A stretch of 64,000 bases of DNA from Candidatus Latescibacterota bacterium (GTDB taxonomy: Bacteria; Latescibacterota; UBA2968; GCA-2709665), in contig OZ250150.1 of the NCBI GenBank assembly GCA_965237675.1, positions 4,512,001 to 4,576,000 on the forward strand, given 5' to 3'. Each line of letters starts with the position of its first letter. The stretch's first letter is position 1. Below the pieces are notes generated by a model that was given only the letters and a program-made list of their open reading frames with translations, did no database searches and was not told where the DNA came from. Shown here piece after piece: positions 1 through 8,270 of this stretch. Made by a program: the position numbers and the translations under genes.

Positions 1-1
1 C

Positions 2-178
2 TTCCGTATTTCGCCCGACGACTATCCCGCTTTTGTCGAACAGATCCACCGGTACATGGACCTCCCGGCCGGAGAAAAGGAACGCGCGAGAACTCGGGCC
101 CGGGCCTTTGTCCGGCGCGAATACACGTGGGAGAAGACCACCGCGCAATACCTGGCGGTTTTTACGGGACAAGCTTGA
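2..178 (+). CDS. Glycosyltransferase family 4, C-terminal end (partial, runs off the window)
   Basis: Frame-2 translation FRISPDDYPAFVEQIHRYMDLPAGEKERARTRARAFVRREYTWEKTTAQYLAVFTGQA* resembles the GT-B/GT4 C-terminal helix pattern (P-D..AR..Y-W..Y); TGA at 176-178. Confidence 0.65.
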   Translation, partial: FRISPDDYPAFVEQIHRYMDLPAGEKERARTRARAFVRREYTWEKTTAQYLAVFTGQA

Positions 179-188
179 AACGCTCGGG

Positions 189-226
189 ACCTACCCCCTA
201 ACCCCCTTCCTGAAGGAAGGGGGAAC
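189..226 (-). repeat. REP-like palindrome, copy 1 (stem CCCCCTTCC-TGAA-GGAAGGGGG)
   Basis: Perfect 9-bp stem 202-210/215-223; its reverse complement resembles 327-366. Confidence 0.6.
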
Positions 227-326
227 GGTGACGGGTCGATGGGCTGGCTTTGCGAACGTGCCGGGATAGCATTCTTTCATTGGTCAGAGCGTATATGAAA
301 CACAAATAAGACAACGCATGTCTTTC

Positions 327-366
327 CTCCCCCTTTCCTTTAGGAGAGGGGGCCGGGGGGAGAGGT
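327..366 (+). repeat. REP-like palindrome, copy 2 (CTCCCCCTTTCCTTTAGGAGAGGGGGCCGGGGGGAGAGGT), inverted relative to copy 1
   Basis: Hairpin 329-352 plus G-rich tail, ending 2 bp before the DUF559 ATG. Confidence 0.6.
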
Positions 367-368
367 CA

Positions 369-770
369 ATGAAAAAATCCAGGCGAGATATTGTCACAGG
401 CCAGACTGTCGCGCGCGCGAAGGTGAAGTTGGCGCGAGTCTTGCGAGATCAGATGACAGAAGAAGAAAAACGTCTCTGGCAACACCTGCGTGCGAATAGG
501 CTTGATGGCTATCACTTTCGACGGCAACAGATCATCGATGGCTTCATAGTGAATTTCTACTGCCATTCCGCCGGATTGGTAATTGAAGTCGATGGCGAGG
601 TTCACGAGAATCAGATCGCTTATGACGCAGAACGAGACGGTATACTCAAAACGCGGGGATTGAAAGTCTTACGCATTCCAAATGACGAGATCCGCACGAA
701 TCTGGATAACGTCCTCCAATCAATCAGAGCATATATTACCGAGAGCACCCTATCGTTTACATCCTCCTAA
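369..770 (+). CDS. DUF559 / Vsr-like endonuclease domain protein
   Basis: Motifs ARxLRxxMTxxExxLWxxLR, FRRQ, IVxFYC, LVIEVDG, HE, YDAERD, LRIPN; ATG 369 chosen over ORF start 318. Confidence 0.85.
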   Translation: MKKSRRDIVTGQTVARAKVKLARVLRDQMTEEEKRLWQHLRANRLDGYHFRRQQIIDGFIVNFYCHSAGLVIEVDGEVHENQIAYDAERDGILKTRGLKVLRIPNDEIRTNLDNVLQSIRAYITESTLSFTSS

Positions 771-958
771 TCTGTTGTAGCGGGGCATGAGCTCGTGTCA
801 GCCATTTGCGGCTCCTAGTAATAAACGCTACTTTCAACCGCCATCTGTGCGCTACGCCGCCCACTAAAAACGACACAAAACCGGTATAAACATCCGTTAT
901 GCATACTTGCAAACGCGTGTGCAGTAAAAACACACTTCAGAACAAGGGGGAAGATCAC

Positions 959-1210
959 GTGGACAGGATAGAGAAACTCGAAAGCCAGATACGGCGGTTG
1001 CGGGCGGTTGTCGTTCTGTTGGGCGTGGTCTTGTGTGCGGGCGTCCTGTTGGCCTGGACAAAGCCAGATGGAGATTTTAACACGGTGAAGGCAAGGGAAC
1101 TTGTCATTCAGAACGCGGCGGGCAATCAGGTTGCCGGGCTTTACGCGGACGGCGGCGGCAGGCTGTATCTCCGCAACGAGACGCTCCAAGTCGTTACAAG
1201 CCTGCCATAA
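959..1210 (+). CDS. Small membrane-anchored/exported beta-repeat protein (paralog of 1225..2001)
   Basis: GTG after AAGGGGG; coiled N-terminus, hydrophobic segment, then LVIQNAAGNQVAGLY..GGGRLYL and C-terminal VTSLP shared with the next gene. Confidence 0.65.
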   Translation: MDRIEKLESQIRRLRAVVVLLGVVLCAGVLLAWTKPDGDFNTVKARELVIQNAAGNQVAGLYADGGGRLYLRNETLQVVTSLP

Positions 1211-1224
1211 CTCCAGGGGGAAAG

Positions 1225-2001
1225 ATGAGCAAGGACAAACTGAAATGGGCGGCGTTTGGGCTGGTTATGGGCATCATCGTCGGCAGCATCGGGGCGGCGG
1301 CGGCGGACAAGTGGTTTCCGGGCGTGACCCGGTTTGACACGATCGAAGCGCGGCAAATTGAAATTGTCAACGGCCGGGGGGTTGTTGTGGTACGGTTGCG
1401 GTCGGCGCTGGATGAAATAGACTTTACCGACCAAAGGCCGACGCCGGGCGTGTGGAGTGGCGACGGCGTGCTCGAAATCGTCGATGCACATGGGAGAATT
1501 GCTGCGCATTTGACGACTGGGAAGGGCGGCGGCGGGCTGAAATTCTACAATAAGGCGGGCAACCAAGTCGCCGCACTTGGCGCTGCGGAACACGGCGGCG
1601 GTGCCCTGCAAATCTTCAACGTGGCGGGGCAAAAGGTCGCCGGACTGTATGGGAAACCGAGCGGCTACGGCGGCGTCCTGGAAATCTACAGAATCGGCGA
1701 GGAAAAGGTTGCCAGTCTTGCCGTTACCAACGACGGCGGCGGTGCCCTGCAAATCTTCAACGCGGTGGGCAAAACCGTTGCTATACTTACCGGGTTGTCG
1801 GAAGGCGGCGGCGGGCTGTTAATTTACAACAAGGCGGGCAAACCGGTTGCTATACTTACCGGGTTGTCGGAAGGCCGCGGCGGGCTGGCAATCCACAACA
1901 AGGCGGGCAAACAGGTTGCCATGCTTTTGGCGGATCCGGACGGTGCCGGAATCCTTGTAATTCAAAACGCGGCGGGCAAACCGGTTGCGAGTCTACCATA
2001 A
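1225..2001 (+). CDS. Exported protein with about eight 22-24-aa GGGxLxIxNxAGKxVAxL repeats
   Basis: N-terminal signal/TM segment; repeats visible in protein and DNA (30 bp identical at 1777-1806 and 1846-1875, period 69 bp). Confidence 0.85.
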   Translation: MSKDKLKWAAFGLVMGIIVGSIGAAAADKWFPGVTRFDTIEARQIEIVNGRGVVVVRLRSALDEIDFTDQRPTPGVWSGDGVLEIVDAHGRIAAHLTTGKGGGGLKFYNKAGNQVAALGAAEHGGGALQIFNVAGQKVAGLYGKPSGYGGVLEIYRIGEEKVASLAVTNDGGGALQIFNAVGKTVAILTGLSEGGGGLLIYNKAGKPVAILTGLSEGRGGLAIHNKAGKQVAMLLADPDGAGILVIQNAAGKPVASLP

Positions 2002-2219
2002 TCGCAACCTCGGCAAGCTTTTTCGACCTGGCCGCGATCCGAGGCGCCCGGACCGAGCAACCCCTAGACGCGGAAGGCAGCGCATCCGGAGCGGCAACCC
2101 GTGGAAGAGATCCCCGGCAACCACAGGGGGGCGCAAAACCGAAGTGAACGTCCGCGGTCGATTGAGGGAAATTACAGTGGTCGCAAGAGACTCTCGCGGC
2201 AGGATCGATTTTTGTAAAC

Positions 2220-2243
2220 GGCAGACAGGAATGTCTGCCCCAC
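2220..2243 (-). repeat. GT(A/G)G-type REP-like element GTGG-GGCAGACA-TTCC-TGTCTGCC
   Basis: Perfect 8-bp stem with a GTGG tetranucleotide at its foot on the minus strand; intergenic. Confidence 0.55.
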
Positions 2244-2303
2244 CTTCACACCAGATTCGTCAGCGTCATGACAAGCCACGTGAGTCACGGAAGGCAGCTT
2301 GTT

Positions 2304-2335
2304 ACTTATTATTTAATGTATATTAAATAATAAGT
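2304..2335. promoter_or_regulatory. Perfect 14-bp AT-rich inverted repeat (ACTTATTATTTAAT-gtat-ATTAAATAATAAGT), possible operator or protein-binding site
   Basis: Exact reverse-complement arms 2304-2317 and 2322-2335; function is inferred. Confidence 0.45.
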
Positions 2336-2588
2336 CAAAAAACATAAGTGGACACCTAATTTTCCGCGCGCGACTCCAGTGCAATGATCCGGGACTCAAA
2401 CGTTCCACAACAGAGGTAAGGATTCATCACTTTGGCCCGGAAAAGTGAGCATAACTTCTGCTTTTGGTTTTAATCCTGACTATCCTGTCTATCCATGTAA
2501 GTTTGAGTTTTTGAACAAAAGAGGTTCAAGCCACGAACGATCTTTGTGCTGTCGACGGCATCCTGTCAATCTGCAATAAGAGTATGCA

Positions 2589-3302
2589 ATGAACAAGAGT
2601 CTGCTGACAAACCTCATATCACTCGGGATCATCGGTGTCGGCACTCAGAGCCCGATCTATCAGGATCAGCTCATGGCCGTCGGGCTGTTCGCGACGTCGG
2701 GCGCTTTCACGAATTGGCTTGCCGTACATATGCTCTTCGAAAAAGTACCTGGCCTTTACGGCTCCGGCGTGGTCCCCGGGCGTTTCGAAGAATTCAAGAT
2801 CGGCATTCGAAAGCTCATCATGGAACAGTTCTTCACACCGGAAAAGGTGGAGGACTTTCTCTCCATGGAGTCGCCGCAACAAGGCGCACCGTTCAACCCT
2901 GACCCCGTTGTCGACGCCGTTGACTACGATCGCATCTACGCCGGTTTCGTGGACGTCGTGCTCGCCTCTCCGTTTGGCGGTATGCTCGGAATTGTCGGTG
3001 GCGCCAGAGCGCTGGAACCTCTCCGAAACCCCTTCAAGATAAAGATGAAGGACGAACTCCGGGACATGCTGCTCTCACGATCCTTCAATGAAGCCGTGAT
3101 GTCCGGCCTGCAGAACGCTGACGCCGTGGAAGCCCTGGTGGACAAGGCGGACACCATTGTAACCCGCCGGCTGGACGAACTCACACCCGAAATGGTCAAG
3201 GAGATCGTACAGGAGATGATCCGCAAACACCTTGGCTGGCTCGTGGTCTGGGGCGGTGTCTTCGGCGGCCTTCTCGGACTCATCGCCAGTTTCATCCGGT
3301 AA
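2589..3302 (+). CDS. DUF445 family membrane protein
   Basis: GLFAxSGAxTNWLAVHMLFEKVPGLYGSGV N-terminal motif; C-terminal HLGWLVVWGGVFGGLLG. Confidence 0.85.
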   Translation: MNKSLLTNLISLGIIGVGTQSPIYQDQLMAVGLFATSGAFTNWLAVHMLFEKVPGLYGSGVVPGRFEEFKIGIRKLIMEQFFTPEKVEDFLSMESPQQGAPFNPDPVVDAVDYDRIYAGFVDVVLASPFGGMLGIVGGARALEPLRNPFKIKMKDELRDMLLSRSFNEAVMSGLQNADAVEALVDKADTIVTRRLDELTPEMVKEIVQEMIRKHLGWLVVWGGVFGGLLGLIASFIR

Positions 3303-3306
3303 CCCC

Positions 3307-5139
3307 ATGCTCGTCTACGACGGCAACTGCGACTTCTGCACACGGTGGGTGGACCGCATTCGCGCCGCCACCGGCAATCGGGTTGAGTTCGCGGCTTCGC
3401 AAGAGGTTGACCACCGATTTCCACAGATATCGTCTGAGCAATTTGAAAACGCCGTCCAGTGGATCCAGCCGGACGGCGAAGTGTACAGCGGCGCCAAAGC
3501 CGCTCTCTATGTGCTCGCGTTCACGGGGCCGACCGGGAAGCTGCTGTGGTGGGGTCATCGCCGGCTTCCCGGGTTTGCCGGGGGCGCAGAGGCCGTTTAC
3601 CGCCTGGTCGCCCGCAACCGGAACATGGTGTCCACGGTTACCGGGTGGCTGTGGGGACAGGACCTCCACCGACCCGCGTATCGGACCTCCGCCGACCTGT
3701 TCCTGCGCGCCCTGGGCGTTATTTACCTGATCGCTTTCCTCTCGTTCTGGGTGCAGGCGCACGGCCTTATCGGCGCCCAGGGCATCCTGCCGGTAGGCGA
3801 AACCATTCGTCTTGTCGCGGAACAGGGCCATCCGCTCCGGTACCCGACCCTGTTCTGGTTCAATCAGAGCGACATATTTCTCCACGTCCTCTGCGGCGGC
3901 GGTGCGTTGCTCGCTCTCGGCGCCGCGGTGTTTCCAGTCTCCTGCCTGTTTTTTCTGCTGCTCTGGATCGGCTATCTTTCCATCGTCACGGCCGGCGGCC
4001 CTTTTCTATCCTTCCAATGGGACGCCCTGCTCCTCGAAGCCGGTCTGCTGGCCGTGTTTCTCGCACCCTGGAAACTTCCGACGAGACGCGGCGCCATTGT
4101 TCCCACGCGTCTCGTCGCATGGCTCTATCGCTGGCTGCTCTTTCGCTTCATGTTCGCCTCCGGCGTCGTCAAACTCACCAGCGGCGACCCGGCCTGGCGG
4201 AATCTCACCGCGCTCACCTACCACTACGAGACACAACCCCTTCCCAATCTCCTGGCCTGGTACGCCCATCATCTGCCGGAAAGCATCCACGTCGTTTCCG
4301 CGGCGGTGATGTTCTTCGTTGAACTGGTGGTGCCCTTCTTCATCTTCGCGCCTCGACGCCTACGGACCGCGGCCTGTGTGGTGCTCGCCGGCCTGCAGTT
4401 CGGTATCGCACTTACCGGCAATTATACCTATTTCAACCTGCTCGCGGCGGCCCTCTGCCTCTGGCTGATCGACGACGTGTCGTGGACGAAACGCCTCCGA
4501 GCCCTTTTTTCCGGCGCCGAAACAGGACAGGGGACCATACAACGCATCCAACGACTGGCGACCGTGCCCCTTGCCGTTATCGTCGTGATCTTGAGCCTCG
4601 TGTACCTCTGCAGCTTCAGCCTACGCCTGAATCCGCCCTGGCCCCATTCCCTGGTCACTCTCAACCGGGCGGTGACCCCTTACCATATTGTGAACAGCTA
4701 CGGTCTCTTCCAGGTGATGACCACGCGGAGGCCGGAAATCATCCTCGAAGGCAGCAGGGACGGCAAGACGTGGCTGCCGTATGAATTTCGCTACAAACCG
4801 GGCGCTCCGGCCAGACGGCCCCCGGTTGTGGCGCCGCACCAGCCCCGGTTGGACTGGCAGATGTGGTTCGCCGCACTCGGCCACTACCGGCAGAGTCCCT
4901 GGTTCGTCCGCTTCTGTCTCCGGCTTCTGGACGGCGCGCCTCCGGTTCTCGGCCTTCTTGCCCGGAATCCGTTTCCCGACACTCCGCCGCGTTACCTGCG
5001 GGCCGAACTGTTCGACTATCGTTTCACAACACCAAGGGAAAGGAGCCGGAACGGACAATGGTGGACGCGCACGCGTCTCAAAGCGTATCTTCCGACGATT
5101 CAACGGAAACAACCGGACGGGGACCAACAGCTCCGGTAG
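3307..5139 (+). CDS. DCC1-like thiol-disulfide oxidoreductase fused to lipase maturation factor (LMF) family membrane protein
   Basis: N-terminal YDGNCDFC (DxxCxxC) and VARNR; LMF motifs LSFQWDALLLEAG, WLLFRFMFASGVVKL, YHYETQPLP, NSYGLF, PHQPRLDWQMWFAAL. Confidence 0.9.
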   Translation: MLVYDGNCDFCTRWVDRIRAATGNRVEFAASQEVDHRFPQISSEQFENAVQWIQPDGEVYSGAKAALYVLAFTGPTGKLLWWGHRRLPGFAGGAEAVYRLVARNRNMVSTVTGWLWGQDLHRPAYRTSADLFLRALGVIYLIAFLSFWVQAHGLIGAQGILPVGETIRLVAEQGHPLRYPTLFWFNQSDIFLHVLCGGGALLALGAAVFPVSCLFFLLLWIGYLSIVTAGGPFLSFQWDALLLEAGLLAVFLAPWKLPTRRGAIVPTRLVAWLYRWLLFRFMFASGVVKLTSGDPAWRNLTALTYHYETQPLPNLLAWYAHHLPESIHVVSAAVMFFVELVVPFFIFAPRRLRTAACVVLAGLQFGIALTGNYTYFNLLAAALCLWLIDDVSWTKRLRALFSGAETGQGTIQRIQRLATVPLAVIVVILSLVYLCSFSLRLNPPWPHSLVTLNRAVTPYHIVNSYGLFQVMTTRRPEIILEGSRDGKTWLPYEFRYKPGAPARRPPVVAPHQPRLDWQMWFAALGHYRQSPWFVRFCLRLLDGAPPVLGLLARNPFPDTPPRYLRAELFDYRFTTPRERSRNGQWWTRTRLKAYLPTIQRKQPDGDQQLR

Positions 5140-5220
5140 CCGCCGTGACCGTTTTTTCGAATGACGGTCAACGGGCAGTTCGATCCGGTTCCGGTATCCC
5201 CACGTTGTTGCCGGCCGACT

Positions 5221-6201
5221 TCATCGTCTGAGCGCGTCCCTGACCACGGCCGCGATTTCGGGATACAACCGCGGCGTTTCGAGATTGCACAACACGACGT
5301 GTCTGTCGACGTAACTGCCCGCGATTTCGAATTCCTCCGCCACCCGCTCGGGAGAGCGAACCAGATACGGATCCGAATAGAGCCCGATAAACGGCACGAA
5401 CGTGTTCCGATTCGGATCCTCGAGCCGCTTCATCTCCGCCGTCTCGAATTCCACCCGGCGGAGGCTCCAGTGCGGAGGATAGAACCAGGAGATTGTCTGA
5501 GTACAATAATCCAGTCGCAGCCTGTTTCCGTAATATTCGTTGGGGTAAAACGGCGGCCAGACGTGGTTGGTCACGATCGCCTGCGGCTTAATCGCCTTCG
5601 CGTGTTCATACAAGACATCGGAAACGGTTACCAGACTCTTCTCCGACATCCGCGCGATGAGTTCGGGTTCGTGCGCCCCGGTCCATTCAGCGGCCATCCC
5701 TTTCCGGATATCCGCGCATCGATCACAAAAACACGCATAGTGGTTCCGAAAACCGAACCCGTCGAACGACACGCCGTCAGCGATTTCCAGCGCCCGGCTT
5801 ACCCGGTCCTTTAGAAACGCCGTCGTAGCTTCGTGTTGGAAACAGACCAGCGCGTCGGCCTGGACGATGGAAAACCACCGGTGCGACAATCGCTGGAAAT
5901 TGGAGGGCGCCCGCTGGCCTTCGAGCCGGGCGACCTCCTCCTCGGCCGGCAGCAGCCGCTGCAGGCATTCCGGATGCGCCCTGACGAACGCGTCTGAAGG
6001 CCATGCATACACGACGGCGACGACGCTGACCCCCAACTCCTCGCCGCGGCGCGCCATCACCTCCGATGGTTCGCGCACGATCAGGGTATCGAAACCCAGA
6101 TCGTGCGTGAATTCCACGATTGTCCGCTGCTGCGCCGCGGTTTCCACCGGCAGATGCCAGTCCCATGCCGCCTTCATGATTCCCCTCCTCGACTGCTCCA
6201 T
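5221..6201 (-). CDS. Hypothetical protein, possibly a TIM-barrel glycoside-hydrolase-like fold
   Basis: Long ORF with GC3-biased codons; DGVSFDG and CFCDRC resemble GH42/GHL-type metal loop; function uncertain. Confidence 0.6.
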   Translation of the reverse strand: MEQSRRGIMKAAWDWHLPVETAAQQRTIVEFTHDLGFDTLIVREPSEVMARRGEELGVSVVAVVYAWPSDAFVRAHPECLQRLLPAEEEVARLEGQRAPSNFQRLSHRWFSIVQADALVCFQHEATTAFLKDRVSRALEIADGVSFDGFGFRNHYACFCDRCADIRKGMAAEWTGAHEPELIARMSEKSLVTVSDVLYEHAKAIKPQAIVTNHVWPPFYPNEYYGNRLRLDYCTQTISWFYPPHWSLRRVEFETAEMKRLEDPNRNTFVPFIGLYSDPYLVRSPERVAEEFEIAGSYVDRHVVLCNLETPRLYPEIAAVVRDALRR

Positions 6202-6278
6202 TGACGCGGCGCCATCAGGAGGATACGCCGCCGTTTAACGGCTTCCCCCACTTGTCAGGCGCCGCTGCGGTATGCGGT

Positions 6279-7457
6279 TCAACGGGACGCTTCGGACGCC
6301 TTCCGGATCCCTTCCGCCATGTTCAGAACGCGGCCCTGCGTATTGTCGGGATGCATCGGGATCAGTACCGCCCGGCTGAGCACATCGAGTGAATCCCTGC
6401 ACATATCCATCGAATACGCCACGTTCAGCTTCCGATTCGCCGGAAAGTTGTACGGATTCATGTCCGGGTGATGCGCCCCCTGCTTTCTCATAATCGGATC
6501 CCATCGGGTATAGACGTGCCGTCCCGTATCGATGGGCAGAAATCCGCGGGTGCGGTTCTTGCGCAGACCGTCCGCGAACACACGTGCCGCTTCCTCGGTC
6601 GGGAAGATAAACCCGAGATGGCTGCCACATTCATACGCCAGACTGTTGTTCACGATGGACGTCAACCCGGCCGCCTCCCCCGCCTTCAGCAGCTGCCGTT
6701 TGTGGGCGCCCATCTTCTCCAGCATCCCGTTGAGCCGCCTCAACTGGGCATTCAGGATCGCGCCCGAAACTTCCGAAGCCCTGAAATTCAGTCCTGCAAA
6801 CTGCTCATCCTCGTTCTTCCGGCTCGGATTCCAGTAGTACGAGCAGCAATCCGAGGCCACGGATGCACGCCCGAACACCACCTTGTTCTTAGACACGAAT
6901 GCGCCGCCTTCGCCGCTGGAAATATTCTTGTAAAAGTTGAAGCTGAAGGCGCCAGCGTGACCGATTGAACCCAGCATCCTGCCCTCGTACGCACCGCCCA
7001 CCGCCTGACATGCGTCCTCGAGCACCAGCAGCTTGTGCCTGCGCGCAATGCGCATCAGGGCCGTCATGTTGCACGGCAGGCCCCACATATGCACGGGAAT
7101 TATCGCCTTTGTGTGGGGCGACAGCCGGCGTTCCACGTCCTCCGCGGAAAGCGTGATCGACTCGTCCACGTCGGCCACGACGGGTATCGCGCCTGCCGCC
7201 AGCACCGCCAGCGCGGTGGCCATATATGTACAGGAAGGGACAATGACTTCGTCGCCGGGACCGACCTTCAATCCTACCAGCGCGCAATATAACGCCGACG
7301 TCCCGCTCGTTGTCATCCTGGCGTACTTCACACCCAAATGCTTTGCCCAACTGGCCTCGAACCGGTCGCATTCTCCCGTACGTCCGTACCGAAAAATGCC
7401 TCCGTCCCTGAACAACCTCTCAACACGCCTCAGTTCCAGGTCGCCAATGCGATACAC
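6279..7457 (-). CDS. DegT/DnrJ/EryC1/StrS PLP-dependent aminotransferase
   Basis: SGTSAL, GDEVIVP, IIPVHMWG, EDACQA, FSFNFYKNISSGEGG. Confidence 0.92.
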   Translation of the reverse strand: MYRIGDLELRRVERLFRDGGIFRYGRTGECDRFEASWAKHLGVKYARMTTSGTSALYCALVGLKVGPGDEVIVPSCTYMATALAVLAAGAIPVVADVDESITLSAEDVERRLSPHTKAIIPVHMWGLPCNMTALMRIARRHKLLVLEDACQAVGGAYEGRMLGSIGHAGAFSFNFYKNISSGEGGAFVSKNKVVFGRASVASDCCSYYWNPSRKNEDEQFAGLNFRASEVSGAILNAQLRRLNGMLEKMGAHKRQLLKAGEAAGLTSIVNNSLAYECGSHLGFIFPTEEAARVFADGLRKNRTRGFLPIDTGRHVYTRWDPIMRKQGAHHPDMNPYNFPANRKLNVAYSMDMCRDSLDVLSRAVLIPMHPDNTQGRVLNMAEGIRKASEASR

Positions 7458-7493
7458 AGCACCCCCCTTTTCCCGGGTACACGCCGGACTCGT

Positions 7494-8153
7494 TCACTGT
7501 CTTGACCCGCGATCCCGTATCTGAAGGCGCCTGAAAAGGTACGCCCGCGAAACCAGCGTCACCGGTACGGTCAGGAACAGACCCACCAGCAAACAAAGTG
7601 CGCCGCCGATATTGATCAGGACTGTCAATAATCCGAACAGGAACAGGCGCCATCTAACGCCCCGGGTCGTCGCCGCGCTGCGGCGCAGTGCATCGAACGC
7701 ACCCGCGCGTTCGTCTACAATATGGTAGGCGTAAAACTGAAACATCACCAAAAGAATCACACCAGGTACGATAAGCAGAATCAAGCCGGCAAGCACCATC
7801 AGAGCTGCAATAAGAGTCGAGATAAAGTACGTCGGCGCCAACGGATAGTGTACGAACAGATCCGCGACGCGTGGCTTTCGACCGTCACACAATCGCAGTG
7901 AAATGACCGTTAACCCGACGTCCATGATCATACCTGCAACCAATGCGACTATCCCCGCAAGGAATGCCCAGCCCTCCGAGTAAGCGTTCACCCTGAAAAC
8001 GACGCCATTCAGTGCCAGGGTTACCAGGACGTACAGGATCCCGAGTCCGAGGATAAACCCCCGATTGTGCATCGTTGTCCGCCAGCCGAACCGCAACGCC
8101 TCGGCGATGGAGAACCTAAGAGCGGTCATATTCGGCATCCGTATCGCAAACAA
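7494..8153 (-). CDS. Integral membrane protein (DUF975-like); start uncertain
   Basis: Several TM segments; GLILLIVPG, FDALRRS...RWRLF, LVGLFLTVPV pattern. Confidence 0.7.
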   Translation of the reverse strand: MFAIRMPNMTALRFSIAEALRFGWRTTMHNRGFILGLGILYVLVTLALNGVVFRVNAYSEGWAFLAGIVALVAGMIMDVGLTVISLRLCDGRKPRVADLFVHYPLAPTYFISTLIAALMVLAGLILLIVPGVILLVMFQFYAYHIVDERAGAFDALRRSAATTRGVRWRLFLFGLLTVLINIGGALCLLVGLFLTVPVTLVSRAYLFRRLQIRDRGSRQ

Positions 8154-8270
8154 GAGGAACGTGTTTCGTTACCGGGCCGTCAGGGTTTTCTCTCTCGCTG
8201 AATCAACTAAAGGCGCATCCACTCCCGCGCTAAACTGATCATATACAACGCGTCGGCTCCCCGCGCTTCG

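Noticed and set aside
959-2001. Diversity-generating retroelement (TR/VR pair) suggested by near-identical blocks
   Set aside because: The repeats are in-frame coding units, the differences are not adenine-specific, and no reverse transcriptase is present
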